DNA of 64,000 nucleotides from Penicillus capitatus. Lineage: Eukaryota; Plantae; Chlorophyta. The stretch is taken from contig OZ287706.1 of the NCBI GenBank assembly GCA_965649825.1, positions 876,001 to 940,000 of the forward strand, written 5' to 3'. The notes under the pieces were generated by a model. It searched no databases, was not told where the DNA came from, and saw only the letters and a list, made by a program, of their open reading frames with translations. Below, in pieces: positions 23,221 to 39,522 of the stretch. Position numbers and translations under genes: made by a program. The stretch's first letter is position 1. The number at the start of each line of letters is the position of its first letter.

Positions 23221-25668
23221 ATGGATCAACCTCGGCGATCACAGAAGGAAGAAAACCAACCGACGGGAATCTGCGAGAGGTACGGCGCAGAGCTAATTGT
23301 CACATCACAACGGTTACTCATAAAAGATGCGTCACGAGTACAACGTCGGGCCATGCGAGACGCAACGGCAGTCACTTCGGGATAAGAGGATCAGAGAAGT
23401 GCGCTTGCTGACCGACAGCGTTCGCCAGTTGCTGTCCACGTCTTCCGCGGGAATCGTTCAGAACGTAGATCACGCAGATCGCTTACGACTTCCTCGTGAC
23501 GTGATGATCCGCCGGGGGACAAGTTGTCAATTTGGCGACGCTTCCTCCATACACGCCTTTATCTTGATATGTGTTTGCTAGGAACACGACTGTTGGCGGT
23601 AGCAGTTTGTGGGTCCGATCTGTTTCGCGTTTCCACGATCAGCTTGTCCCGTGAAACCCTTCGTTATATATGCGAAGACTGGATAGCCTTTCGTTCTTCG
23701 ATGTGCGAGAGACTCGGATTCGTCTGCGAGTCCCGTGTTTGATGACGAAGTTTGGAAGGGGAGAGGCGACAGAAATCATTCTGTCGTACCGTATTCTTTG
23801 ATGGTCCTACGCGATCTGCCGTCGCGTGTGGCGTGGAACGTCCAGTAGATACGCTGCCACAAACAAGGCGTCGACTCAGCCATCGACGTTGAAGTACATG
23901 GAGAGACCCGTGGACAGATGACAGTACTGCAAGTGACTTTCGGCGTGTCTCACGCCCACGACTCGCATAAGACATCGATCAGTGCTTGCAACTCAGAGAC
24001 ATACCTGGTCAAGACCTTACCGGAAGCCAAAAACAGAAACGGCGACAGGATCATGCAGAAAGCACCGATCGCGGCAAGGAAGACTGTCTGTCTTTTAAAT
24101 GCTCTGCCTTGATGATGCTTAAGCAATTGAGGTGCTGTCGCGTTTGCTTCTCGGCTCATGTCTTCGGGTCCCGTCGTCTCGCGTCCGCCGTTGGCAAGGA
24201 CGTTCAGCGCTGAGTCGATGTCCGTCAGCATCTCGAAAAGCACGAAGGAGATAACCATATCTTTCGTCCACGACAAAGGCGACCGAGCGAGTCTTGGTGT
24301 CGACGATGTACTAGACGGAAAGTACAGAATCTGCGAACCCGCGAAAGAAGTCAACGGACGCGAGACATACATAGTAAGCCGTTTTCATAGTTTTGTCGTC
24401 CTTTACCGGCGTCTAGTGCGAACGGCTGTCTGACGGTCAAGAGATGTTGGTTCATATAGCAGCCTCGTTCGATCGAGGCGACAAAACTGCATCGAAGAAT
24501 TACGGCAAACAGAAGGCTGTAAGTCATCCACGTGCCCCTCTCCCTCGTCCATTGATGTCCGTCCTGCAGCGATTTCTGAGCATGACATCGCAAGATTTCT
24601 CAGAGTACGAAGACCTCTTCGAAGCGGATCACGGAGACGGAAGGAGACTCTATGTTGCAGAGGTGAGCTCTCTCATCCCATCGAGACGTTCGTCTTCACT
24701 GCGGCTCTTTGCAGAAGTCCGAAACAAAAGAGAAAGATTCTGAAGGAGAAAGTTCACTGCAGGAATCGGATGAAGCAGAAGCAGAATCGCGGCAGGAATC
24801 GGAAGGAGAAGAATCGCGGCAGGAATCAACGGATGAGATGACGGGTCAGGAATCGAACAGTGACCCACGCGTCGTTCAGGGAGCAGATCTGGAGCAGCGG
24901 CTTGGCCCCGATGGATCACGATCGATCGTGTTCAGGCGCGAACACGATCGATTGGAGATCGATATCCCTCCAGTCGGATGCTTCAATCGTAAGACACCTG
25001 ACAAAGACGATCACGACATCGCGCACTGTGATCAGGCTCCACACTGTGTCTCACATACCTCATTGTCACGTGGTTCAGTTTCTTGATCTTGTGGTGCAGC
25101 GGAGCGCTTGTCGCTGCCATCTTGACGCCAAGCGCAAGTAATCTCTCAATCTGCGTGTTGCCTCGCATGTAAGAACGTCCTGTTTTGCAGTTTCTTTTTT
25201 GATGCTGCTGTTCTCGACGCTTCCCTGGTTTGTTGGCTTCTTGTTGGTGAAGACCACCGTGCGCACTGCATTCCTCCACGAGAACCTCTCCATCACTCCC
25301 GACGAATACAGCATTACGCGGACGACGAGGACGAGGAGCAGAAAAGGAGATGGTGCCAGCAAAGCAATGTCCACCGCGACGCGTCTGGACAAACTGTTTG
25401 TCAAACAAACGAAGGGGAAAACGGCGGATCTCGTCGGCGTCGGAGTATGTCTGCCCCATTCCTGTTGCACATGTTGACCGTGGGCGTGTGTCTTAAGATT
25501 CTGCCGCACACAGACTTGCAGGGAAATGTACACAGGATCCTCGTGTTGCGCGAAAATGACATCGAACACCAGCTTTCCTCCGTTTTCTCCGAAGAGGAAC
25601 TGGAGTGGCTCGTTCCGGAGATCAGAGAGGTCGTCGAAGGGACAAAATCTCATCGTCTCGATCCCTGA
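23221..25668 (+). CDS. Degenerate-kinase/membrane family paralog 1 (start uncertain)
   Basis: VLDGKYRICE...ETYIV kinase-N-lobe-like stretch; acidic linker; LEIDIPP; hydrophobic LFSTLPWFVGFLLV; EEELEWLVPEIR. Confidence 0.5.
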
Positions 25669-27681
25669 ACGCCATGCCTGTTTGATGATCCGCGCAGCAT
25701 AGCTTTTTTTCACTTTTGCGAATCAGATTCTGTGTGTTAATGGTTCATGGTCGTAGGTTTTCGGTATATCGTCAGAAATTCAACGAGAATGCGCAGTTCA
25801 TGGCTCAAAGTGGGAAGGTTGGGATACATGCGTTTCCCTGTGCAGATTTAAGGTGGAAGTCTGTCGATGTTGTGACTCTTTTGGCCCCAGGTCGCTTTTA
25901 CACGATACGCGTTCTTCGAGAGCGCTTTTTTGGAAGTTCAAACGTCGACGGATGCAAATAAAGGCTGTACCAATTGTCGGAGGACATCTTGTCTTCTATT
26001 GACATGATGAACAGACCAATTGTCGCGAACCAAATCGACTCTCGATCGATGGTGTCGATCGTCACATAGCATTATTGCATTTATTGAGTGTTATCAAGCA
26101 CTTCACGTTCGTATGCATTACAGAATGGAAGAAGCGAAAGTTCGCGCCAGATACGAAAATCCATCTCTTCTAACGTCGCAATCGATCGATCGATACAAGT
26201 AGTCAAATTGAAGGTCGACATCAACGAGTTTGGCAGCTGTCTCCGATGGAAAACGATCGATGCAACAAATTTGTTCTACAGATACTTAGCGAGAGCATGT
26301 TTCTTCAAAAGAAGAGATCTCGAAAAGATCTCTCTCGTTTCCTTGGTATTCTCCTTCGGCATATCGAAGACGAAGCTTCGAAAAGTCATGTCAAAGAAGT
26401 CGGAACGTTTAAAAAGAAGAAAGCTACAAGAATTAAACATTTGTGCGATCAACACCCATTCGATCAATTCCGGCGATAGGCATTTTACTGGGAGAGACTT
26501 TCGGTGTGAGATGTCAAGATAAGCAATCGTTTCCTCAAATGAGGTGTTAACTAGATCGATCGAGATGCATGCTGGATCGGCGGCGATCCAGTGCACAAGA
26601 AAGTAGTCTGATCGATCGCAGTTTCGTTTCGCGATCGGCAAAGTCTATTTCGGGACATACGATTGCCGGAGAACGGCACAATCCAGGTAAACACCGCAAC
26701 TTTTGAAAGAATCTGAGGCTGATTGTAAGATCCGATCGTACTGCATCGGTCATACTGATAGCCCGATCGCATCGCATCGATTAGTCCAGCTGGTGTGTGA
26801 TCGATTGGCTCTCACTGGCGAATCGATCTTTGATGTTTCTCGCCATCGATGGTACGACGATCGCCGACGGTGCATTCATGGAAACAGAATGTGCGATAAA
26901 TCGAAATCAATCGATCGATCTGTTTCGACCGATCGACGACAATCGCACACGCGTTGTCGATGTTTCACGTCAGTGTGGTTATCTATCGAGCTATTTGACG
27001 TGTCCATCGACCGATCGGCGGTCGATGATACTGAATAATGCATGAGAGCACGAAATGTAAATCTCCCTTCGGATGCGGCAGATCGAGGAACAAAACTCCA
27101 AACAAGGCATGGAATATGCAACGGACAGATCCATCGTTGTCGAAGATTCCACCGAAGACGAGTAAGTCTACATGACAGATGGGGGGGTACTTTGAACCTC
27201 GACTCCATCTGCGCCGACGTGCGATCGACGATGACGTAACTCATTTCTTCTTCGATGATTCGATGCGTGAATTCGACAAACGTCGAAACGCATCGCCGAC
27301 AGGACAAAGTCGCTTCACGATCGCCAATGCCTTCTTGCCTAGCAAGGCTGTCCTCCCGTCTCCCGACGGGTATCCAACGCCAGAGTGGCCGACCGACGTT
27401 CAGCCAAGTAAGAAGACACTCGCTATCGTTCCAACTCCCGGATTCCTCAGGCAAGAGCGGAAGGACGTCGCTGGGAAGGTCCTTCTTACGCCGGTTCTCT
27501 TACGGCCTTCACTGGTTGTGCTGCTCTTCTTCTACTGACAAGAGGTGTCCATTCTGCTGAACTGCCTCCGACCTTTCCACCCACTCCAGTGCTCCTTTCT
27601 CCCGACGACTGAAGGAGACTCGACGCTGGGTTCTGTCGGCAGAGACAGACAACAAAGCTATCTCGCACGCTGCCGCGGACG

Positions 27682-28331
27682 ATGGCAAACCTCGGTGGTT
27701 TCTTCGGCAGGGAAGGCGGCGCCTCGGACAAGACGACCTCGCGCAAGGGATGGTCTGTCTCGCAAGGTCAGCCCGATCTGACCATCCTTGCTCTCTGATG
27801 GTGATGATGTCAACAGAGGGCGATCCGCGTCGTTTTTCGAAGTCAGGATATGACATCACTCCACTGACCGAAGAAGAACGCGCCGAATGGATCGCCAAAC
27901 TCACCGATTTCCAACGGTACTCTTCTGCCCGACACTGCATCACCGCGACGCATCGCGTGGGTAGATACGTCGCCGTGGATCAGGGCACCGAACGCAGCTT
28001 CACGGGGACGACCGTCAACGGCTACCCGCACGACAACAAAGCAGCAGGCACCTACGTCAGCGCCATTGGCGAGCTGCCTGTCTTCTCGTCCGAGGCCAAG
28101 TTCGACTCGGGAACCGGATGGCCGAGTTTCACCGCGCCCATCGATCCGGAGCACGTGATCGAAGTGACAGACTCGAGCATCCCCTTCATGTCTCGCGTCG
28201 AGATCGTCGACGCTCGGGGCGGTGCCCATCTGGGGCACGTCTTCGACGACGGACCGGCCCCGACAGGCAAGCGTTACTGCATGAACGCCGCCGCCTTGAA
28301 GTTCATTCCGGCCGAGGACAGCAATTCGTGA
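27682..28331 (+). CDS. MSRB: Methionine-R-sulfoxide reductase MsrB (start uncertain)
   Basis: GTERSFTG, KFDSGTGWPSF, HLGHVFDDGP, RYCMN. Confidence 0.92.
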
Positions 28332-28378
28332 TGTGACGTTTGACTCCCTGTAGCTTTTTGCTCACTGCCCGCTTTTGA

Positions 28379-30053
<1,675 letters not shown>

Positions 30054-30217
30054 ACCCGCTACGCATGTATGTCGTACTTTCTCCGTCCGTCGAGAACGTG
30101 TTTAAATGACAAGCGTTAGGAGAACGGTCTCGCGAGGGCGACGTGTCGTACGATAGATTTCTGCGGCGGCTTGTCTCCGGAGCTCGACTCAGCGAACGCC
30201 GACTCGCGTCAAGCGCC

Positions 30218-30941
<724 letters not shown>

Positions 30942-30977
30942 AACGTTAATCGATGTACGCGCACCTGTCGCATCGGA

Positions 30978-32590
30978 TGCCATTTAGTGAGTGCCCTTCC
31001 GTCCGCCGCCTGACGATCGGATGCGTCGATCGTTCGCGTGTCGCGCCGAGTCGCAGATCTCGAACTGGCGACAGAAGGCTCGTCCCATAAGGCCGGGAGC
31101 GCCGTACCCTGCCAAAGACTACTGCAGCCAATGCGGACTGTGCGACACGTACTACGTCGCGAAAGTGAAGGACGCCTGCGCCTTCCTCGGCAGAGGCACG
31201 TGCCGAATCGACGACGCCTCGTCTAGGCGAGACGGCTGTAGGGATGTCTCGAGTGGACGATCTCGAAGTCGTCGTGCACGGCCGGCAGCGGTCGGTGTTC
31301 CGAGCTGTGTGATCTGATGGGACGTTTGTGTGACGTACAGCGACGTCCAGGACGAAGATGAGCTGCGCTTCGGCGTGCACCGACAGATTCTCTACGCCAA
31401 GAACCGGCCGCCGGTGGATGGAGCCCAGTGGACAGGGATTGTGACGCAGGTGGCGCTCGAAATGCTGCGCAGCAAGACGGTCGAGGCCGTCGTCTGCGTC
31501 CAGAGCGACGAAAACGACCGCTTCACACCTCGGCCCGTCGTCGCCTTCACGGAAGACGACATCCTCAAGGCCAGAGGCGTCAAACCGACGCTCTCGCCGA
31601 ATCTGAACGTCCTGGCGACGGTGGAGGCGCTCAATGTCAAGCGCCTTCTCTTCGTCGGCGTCGGATGCCAAGTGCGTCTCTCTCGCGAGACGCATCGCGC
31701 GCGACTCGATGCCGTCCTATAGGTGCAGGCGCTGCGTTCGGTGGAGCGCGAGCTGGGTTTGGAGAAGCTGTATGTGATTGGGACCAATTGCGTCGACAAC
31801 GGAAAGCGCAAAGGTCTTCAGAAGTTCCTGGACACGGCGTCGGCGTCGCCAGATACCGCGCTGCACTACGAGTTCATGCAGGTGCGCCTCGACTCCCCTC
31901 GCCTTCTCTCCCCTGCAGCGAGCGAACAGGATTACCGCGTCCACATCAAGCACACCGACGGGCACTTCGAATACGTCCCCTTCTTCTCGCTGCCAGCGAA
32001 CGAGCTCACCGACGTCATCGCCCCGTCGTGCTACAGCTGCTTCGACTACACCAACGGGCTGGCCGATCTCGTCGTCGGCTACATGGCCGTTCCCTATCAA
32101 GTGCGCCGCCTCTCCGCCTCTCCGCCGACACACGACCCCCCCCTCGCAGGACTGCAACATGACAGAGCATCCGCAGTACGTCACGGTGCGCAACGATCGC
32201 GGCCAGGAGATGCTGGATCTGGTCCGCCGTCGTCTGGAGATAACGGAGACGACGACTTCCGGCAATCGCTCCGCCTCGGTGATGCAGACGCTCGAGTCAG
32301 GAGAGAAAAGCGTGCGCGGGGAGTTCCGTGATCCCCTGCCGTCGTGGATCGGGACGCTGTTGTCGCGGATCCTGTCGTGGCTCGGACCGAAAGGAATGGA
32401 ATTTGCGCGTTACTCCATCGATTACCACTATCTCCGAAACTTCCTCTACATCCACCGTCACTGGAAAGAAGAAAGAGTGGAGCAACACGTTCCCAAATAC
32501 GTCAGATCAATTGTTTCGGAATACGAGCCGAAGATCTCAAAAATGGTGAAGGACGCGCACTCGGGACGGAACGAGTGCGCGGATACATAG
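30978..32590 (+). CDS. HCAR: 7-hydroxymethyl chlorophyll a reductase (FrhB-like), start approximate
   Basis: PAKDYCSQCGLCDTYY; AQWTGIVT; GVGCQVQALR; IGTNCVDNG; APSCYSCFDYTNGLADLVVGYMAVP. Confidence 0.93.
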
Positions 32591-32719
32591 ACATCAAATA
32601 GCGCCAACCTGGTGGGCTGTACAGACAGGAGGAAACTGGATCTTCTTTCTGTCAATCTTCTCATGCGTTTTGCAAAAAGGGGACGCTGAACAGCTACAAG
32701 AAAAGACAGATACAATCTC

Positions 32720-33750
32720 TCAGATGTTATCCAGCCACTTCGGCCGATCCCCATAGTGTCCGTGTCTCTGAACAGATCGGAGCATTCCGGCCGTCTGCGA
32801 ACGGGAACGAATGGACTCGGCCTGGACACCACAGCCATGATGCGGACGGAATGCGCGGGAGAGAACGGACGCCGACCTCGAGGATGGCGATGAACTCGTC
32901 GAAGTCGAGGGAGTTGTGGATGTCCATCGAATCGAACATCGTCGCAACGGTGTCGCCGCTCACCTCGTCTCCGATCGCCTTCATCAGAGAGCGGAATTCC
33001 TCCACGTTGATCCGCCCGTCTCCGTTCGCGTCTTTCATGGCGAACAGCTTCTTGCAGAACTGCAACGACATCGCATCGCACGTGCGCATCTCTGACGCAT
33101 GCCGCACCCGACGCGTTTTGGTTTCATCCGAGAATTCACGCGCGGGAACGATGGATGACTTTCTGCGCGATGTGGTTCCGGGCGAAGAACTCTTCTTGGC
33201 CTTTGCGTTCTTCTCGGCCAGGATCGTCTGAACCATCTCTTCGGCGCCGCCGGCGGACTCGACCTTCACAGCACGACCATAAGATCCACCGTCGCAAGCG
33301 GTCCGCGACGACTTGTTGGACGAAGTTCTCCCAACGCTGGAAATCTGCACACGCCTTGCCCTTCGTGCTTCCGTCTGGCGATTCTAAATCGCACTGCTGC
33401 TCGGCGGTCAACGCTTCGCTGGTCAGATAGTTGTGAGCAGTCCAGCAGTCTATCGCTTCGTCACTCCCCTGAGGGAATCTCTCGCAGTACCCTGGAAGCC
33501 CAGCGCACATAGACGTCCTTCCGTCCGACGTCGCAGAGATAACGTACGTCCGATGCGTCGCAGAGCGGCGCCGGCAAGAGTTTCGGACGCGGCGTCGTGG
33601 CGGTTGTCTTTCATTGAGGCTTGGACTTTGACAACGCACCTCGTCCTTGCCTAGACGCGACACGCCGTGACGGAAGGGACCCGTCGAGCGACGCGGCGGA
33701 CCGACTTTTATGCGCAGAGGGCGAACACGTTGGACGACGGCATGCGGTCG
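32720..33750 (-). CDS. EF-hand calcium-binding protein with a Cys-containing N-terminal region, probably plastid-targeted
   Basis: DANGDGRINVEEF canonical EF loop; DIHNSLDFDEF degenerate second loop; R/S-rich leader. Confidence 0.65.
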
Positions 33751-33911
33751 ACAGCTACATCCGTAGGTGCCGTTATCCCTGGTCAAACGACGCGTGAGGT
33801 TTTTCATACTTGAGCGCGCTTTTCAAAATTCGAGGGTGCAAAAACGTAACGTTCGCGAAAAGTTGGAATGACATCACCCAGCCAGCCATCCACGTCATCT
33901 GCATCGCGATC

Positions 33912-35368
33912 ATGACGTCGAATCGCCGAAGCAGCGACGCAGCGCGCGATTCGCAGAGGATCCGTTTCTGCACGACCCTGACATCGACCGTCATTCAGCG
34001 CGCCATGAAGAAGCGCGGATGGAAGGAAGTGGACGAACATGGCGACTGGAGCATCTACTGGTTCGACGTCCGGCGAGACGCCCCGAGGACGTTCCATCGA
34101 TGGCACGTGGCTGTCCAGGGCAGATGTGCATTCCTTGACGCAGGAGGCGGGATTCGAGTTCGGTCGCCTGCGCGAAGGCCAACGCGTCAACCACTTCCCG
34201 CGTCACGTCGAACTGACACGCAAGTGCGCTGCGCAGACACAGCCGAACGCACGCGCGATGTCGAGGACAGAGATCTGATCGTGAAGAACTTGAAGCGCTC
34301 GAAGCGATTGCTCGAGAAGGACGGACGGGGCGACGAACTGGGGTTCTTCCCCAAGACCTTCACGCTGCCGCAAGACTACGGTCCTTTCACGGACGAGTTT
34401 CGCAAGACGGGCGGGGTGTGGATCATGAAGCCGTGCGGACGGGCCCAAGGCAAAGGGATCTTTCTGCTGGACAAGCTCAGTCAGGCAAAGCCTGCCGTCT
34501 GCCGGTCGCTTGCGACCGAGACGGGGCGTCTAGGTCGTGAGATGGCGCAAAGAGGTGTCGGAGAAGGAGCATCTCGAGACGTATCGCGACGTGTACGTGG
34601 TGTCGAAGTACATCGAAGATCCCTATCTCGTCGACGGACGCAAGTTCGATATACGTCTCTACGTCCTCGTGCTCTCCTTCACCCCTCTGCGTGTCTATCT
34701 CCACCGCGGCGGATTCTGCCGATTCAGTCTGGCGCAGTACAGCCGGTCGAAGGTCGGCGAGGATCTCGATCGGGTCGCGAGGAATCGTTGCCTGTTGACA
34801 GGACTGCCTCAAGGAGACGTCGATGCATCTGACCAATGTGGCCGTGCAGAAGCGCCAAGGAGGGTGCAGTGTGTCGGAGGAACTCAAATGGCCGCTCCGC
34901 CACCTGCGCCTCTACCTGATGACGCAGGTCGGGCAGGAGCGCACGGATGCCGTCTTTGAGGAGATACAGCAGATTGTCATTCAGTCGCTCTTGGCCGTGC
35001 AGAGTGTGGTCACACAGGACAAGCACTGTTTCGAGATCTACGGCTACGACGTCCTGCTCGATCGGCGGCTGAAGCCGTGGCTGATCGAGGTGAATGCGTC
35101 GCCGAGCCTGCAGACGGACTCCGTCGATGACTTCAAGCTGAAGTCGAACATGGTGCACGACGCGTTGACGCTCGTGGATATGGAGAACAGATTTCAGGGA
35201 CGCCTACCTGTGACGTGCGGCGGGTGTGACGCCTCTGCTATTACCCTGCCTGCACGGCGCTCGCGTACACGGAGTAGGTTTGATGCCATCTACGATCACG
35301 GACGATCGATCCAGGCGCATCCATCGACCGCGTCGTGCCTCGGATGTTACATTCCGGAGTCGAGCTGA
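33912..35368 (+). CDS. TTLL9: Tubulin polyglutamylase, TTLL9-like
   Basis: VNHFPRHVELTRK, FFPKTF, WIMKP...QGKGIFL, KFDIRLYVLV, FEIYGYDVLLD, PWLIEVNASPS. Confidence 0.88.
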
Positions 35369-36259
35369 CGGTCGTTTGAGCGGATCGGTCAATTCTGCTG
35401 GAAGTGCAGAGCTATCGCGAGTGCACGGATGGGCGCAGAAATAACTTTGGGAAAGAGGACGACGAACGTCTCTTCTGGGCCATCGAGAACGGCAGACGAT
35501 GAACGAAAGACGCGAGTTGGTGTATCTTCTGCAGCCTACGGTCGTTGGATTCTTTTGGTGCAAGAACGAACACACTCTGTTGACATGTTGCGGATCGTCC
35601 TCTCGCTAAATGACTTACTTCTTTGCGATCTCAACGTTTCCCTGTAAGTACAGATCCTCCTCCAGGCGCGGATCTTTTAATCCCTTCCCTCCGGGACAGC
35701 GCCCCTTCTAGCTCTAGGGTCGAGTATCATGAACAGCAAAGGTATCACCCACCACAGGCATTTAACAATCAGCGTTGACAATTCTGATGGGATGGAGGGG
35801 CGCACCGGAGCACTCACTGCCTTACCACCGTTCCTCGGCGCACGTTCACTGCTCGAGGAATAGTACTCTATCTACTTCTCTCCATCCCTTGGTAAGAGAT
35901 CCGTCAGATCGACATCGCTTCATAGACAGCTTGCAGTGCCGGGTGACTCCTCTGTCGGGTCCTTCGCTGACATCGACTGTCTGGCGGCGCACTGACACAG
36001 ACAGCGAGACTCGCGCGAACAGCTGAAAAGAAGCAGGTCGCGCTCCTCATCGAAGGCGCCAAACCACTGTTACCAATGAACGATCTTTCTTAAACACAGA
36101 GAGTCTCACAGCAGAGTTTCTTCACAAAAAGGGGCTCCTGCCTTAGGGCATCGCTTCAGTGCAACAACAAGAGTGCGGTTTCAGTGTCTCCATCTTGGGC
36201 GTTGCTCTGCGGACACAGGCGACTGACTGCATAAGATACCCCCATCACTACGGCTATAC

Positions 36260-36670
36260 TTAGCTCGCATCTCCGCGGATGCGTCTTGCGAGTTTCAGGT
36301 CCTTTGGCATGACGGTGACGCGTTTCGCATGGATGGCACACAAATTCGAATCCTCGAACAGGCCGACGAGGAAAGCTTCTGCCGCTTCTTGCAAAGCCAT
36401 AACGGCACTGGCTTGATAACGAAGGTCGGACTTGAAGTCTTGCGCGATCTCACGGACAATCCTCTGGAACGGCGCTCTCCGGATGAGCAGTTCTGTGGAC
36501 TTCTGGTATCGGCGAATCTCTCTCAGCGCCACCGTTCCTGGGCGGAAGCGGTGCGGCTTCTTGACGCCGCCTTTCACGGGGGCAGACTTGCGAGCGGCCT
36601 TCATCGCCAGCTGCTTGCGCGGCGCCTTGCCGCCAGTCGACTTGCGAGCCGTCTGCTTTGTGCGCACCAT
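36260..36670 (-). CDS. H3: Divergent histone H3 variant, intronless
   Basis: 135-aa H3 with ~19 substitutions versus canonical H3. Confidence 0.95.
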   Translation of the reverse strand: MVRTKQTARKSTGGKAPRKQLAMKAARKSAPVKGGVKKPHRFRPGTVALREIRRYQKSTELLIRRAPFQRIVREIAQDFKSDLRYQASAVMALQEAAEAFLVGLFEDSNLCAIHAKRVTVMPKDLKLARRIRGDAS

Positions 36671-37369
<699 letters not shown>

Positions 37370-37699
37370 GCCTCGATGCTGCAGCGAACGGGTTCGGTCT
37401 GCTGTACCTTCTATTTACCTCTCTGCGAGGAACGCGTTTTGACTCAACAAACAGCAACGGGGTTTTCGAGTGAACGACCTTTGTATGGAACTAACCGATT
37501 TAACAAGGGCTTGACGATGAAGCGATGGATGCTCGGGCTCTCCCTGCATCTGCCTACCGTGCCGCGAACGATGTTTCTCACACTCTCTCACTCGGGGGGA
37601 TCGCAAAGCCATGGAGATGGGTGGGCTTGGTGGAAGTCCGGTGTTGGTGCGTTCGGATGGGAGCGTACGACAGTGCGGTCGTGAAGGCGACGACGAAAG

Positions 37700-38247
37700 A
37701 TGGACGAGACGGCATCTCGCGCCGCACGACTCGAGGCGTTGAAACAGGCGAAGCGGCTCCTCGAGGACGAGCGAAGGGAAGACGGCGACAAGCCCGTCCT
37801 GCGCTTTCGCAACTACGAGCTGCGCGACGAGACGATCGAACACGTCAAAGTAACAGACCACCTGACGTCTCCTCTCCCCTCCATCGTTGACAAGCTTCCC
37901 CGCAGCTTCCCCAGGCGCGGCCGACTCCCCTCGACGAACCGACCGTCGATTCCCCTCACACAGCAGCAGGCCCATTAGCGGTGAGCATGGGCGATGTGAC
38001 GTCTCCCTCATACAGAGCAGACAATGGATGGCAGGAAGACGTGCTGGACGTGGCTCCCAAGAAGCTCAACTTCGATTTAAAGCGTGACGTCGAACAGCAG
38101 CTGCATTTATTGGAAAAACGGACACAGCGTGCACTCATACAGCTACAACAAGAAGAAGAACGGAGGAGGCTTGAAGAGGACGGGGGCATTGCCGATTCGG
38201 AAGGCGGCCACTCCGACGGCGATCGCAGCTCAGAAAACTCTCCGTGA
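37700..38247 (+). CDS. CWC18: Splicing factor Cwf18/CCDC12
   Basis: RAARLEALK, LRFRNYE, VAPKKLNFDLKRDV...LEKRTQRAL. Confidence 0.85.
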
Positions 38248-38269
38248 CAGAGAGGCCGCCGGGATCCCC

Positions 38270-39469
38270 TTATTCTGCTGTTGGATTCTGATTGCCTTCG
38301 TGGGCTCTCCTGAGATACTTCTCCCACTTCCGGTGCTTAATGTGCGCCAGCGATTCCAACGGACCGATCAATCTGAAGTAGTCCGCCAAGTACAGGAGCT
38401 CCTTGTCTGTTGCGCGGTTTCGATGCGCTCGACGGTAGGGACGAATCGTCAGACCATTCTGGCGGTTCATCACGAAATTGCGTCTGCGTCCAACAGAGCC
38501 GCCGTGAACGCGATCCCATTCCACAGGCGGACAGATGCACGTACTTTAGGTCGTCGAGCATGACGGTGTTGCTCGGATCGTAGTGCTCCGGGAACTTCCT
38601 CCAGATGAACTCGAGCGGCTTGCAGTCGAACACGCCGTACTTCTCCGTCTGGACCGTCACCATCGCCGCGTGATCCAGCATGCAGACCAGGTGATAGTTC
38701 GTGTGGTTCAGGACGCCCAACTCCTACAGCACCGCCGGCCCTCTGGAGTGTCCGTGTACAGGGAGACGGTGTACTCGCATCTTCATCTCCACCCACTTCA
38801 TCGACGTGGCGCTCCAAACCATCAGATCGAAGTGTTCGTAGCAGGCGGCGAGGAAGAAGTGGAGATAGGGTCGCGCGAGCTCCTCAACCCTCTCGGCCGT
38901 GGAGCCCAAATCGAAGATCGTGTAGTCGATGTCGATGACGAGCAGCTTCTTCCCAGGTCTCGGCGGATTGAGAATCCGAACCTGCACCGTATCCAGTCGC
39001 TTCTGGAGCTTCTCTTGCACTACGAGGCGCTCCGCGAGAGATGTCCGGGAGGAAAGGGGAATCGACCTTCGGGTCGCTCGTGGACGCTGATCGAGAGCTC
39101 GTCGTTGGCGTCGATGTCGAAGTCGTCCTTCACCTCGGGTGCCGCTTCGGCGAGCTTCACTGTCTGGTCAATCACAGCATCCGGAGTCCTGTCGCGTCAT
39201 CTCTCTGAAATTTCTATCGTGTGAGAGAGCAGTGGACGGTACCCAAGCATCATGATTTTTTGCCCGGGTTTCAGCAGAAGCTCCGAAACCAGTGTGGCGT
39301 CATTCGTAGGTTTACCCGAAGTGGTCTTGAGTCCAATGTACTTCTGCCTGCCGACTTCGACGTTCGCTCTCTCTTTCATGTGCGTCTTGACCGCGGTCAT
39401 CGTCTCGTTGGGCTCCACGCTGACATGGTACTCGTTGCCATTCCAACGCACCGTTAACACGACAGCCAT
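38270..39469 (-). CDS. UBLCP1: Ubiquitin-like domain CTD phosphatase 1
   Basis: N-terminal UBL (VRWNGNEY...RQKYIGLK); HAD motif LLVIDIDYTIFD; VMLDDL; NGLTIRPY. Confidence 0.92.
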
Positions 39470-39522
39470 GGTGGTAATGTCGACCGAAATGCACAAACAC
39501 ACGTGACGACGCGACGACGGCA

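Noticed and set aside
26070-26770. TAG/TAA-to-Gln code suggested by an ORF continuing past a TAG (KYL-stop-NKFV)
   Set aside because: HIRA, H3, RUVBL1 and HCAR end properly at TAA/TAG; this is more likely a decayed unidentified ORF
30946-31695. Long antisense or alternate-frame ORFs (also 29242-29913, 33136-33807, 60820-61134)
   Set aside because: Shadows of GC-rich coding genes with no recognisable motifs
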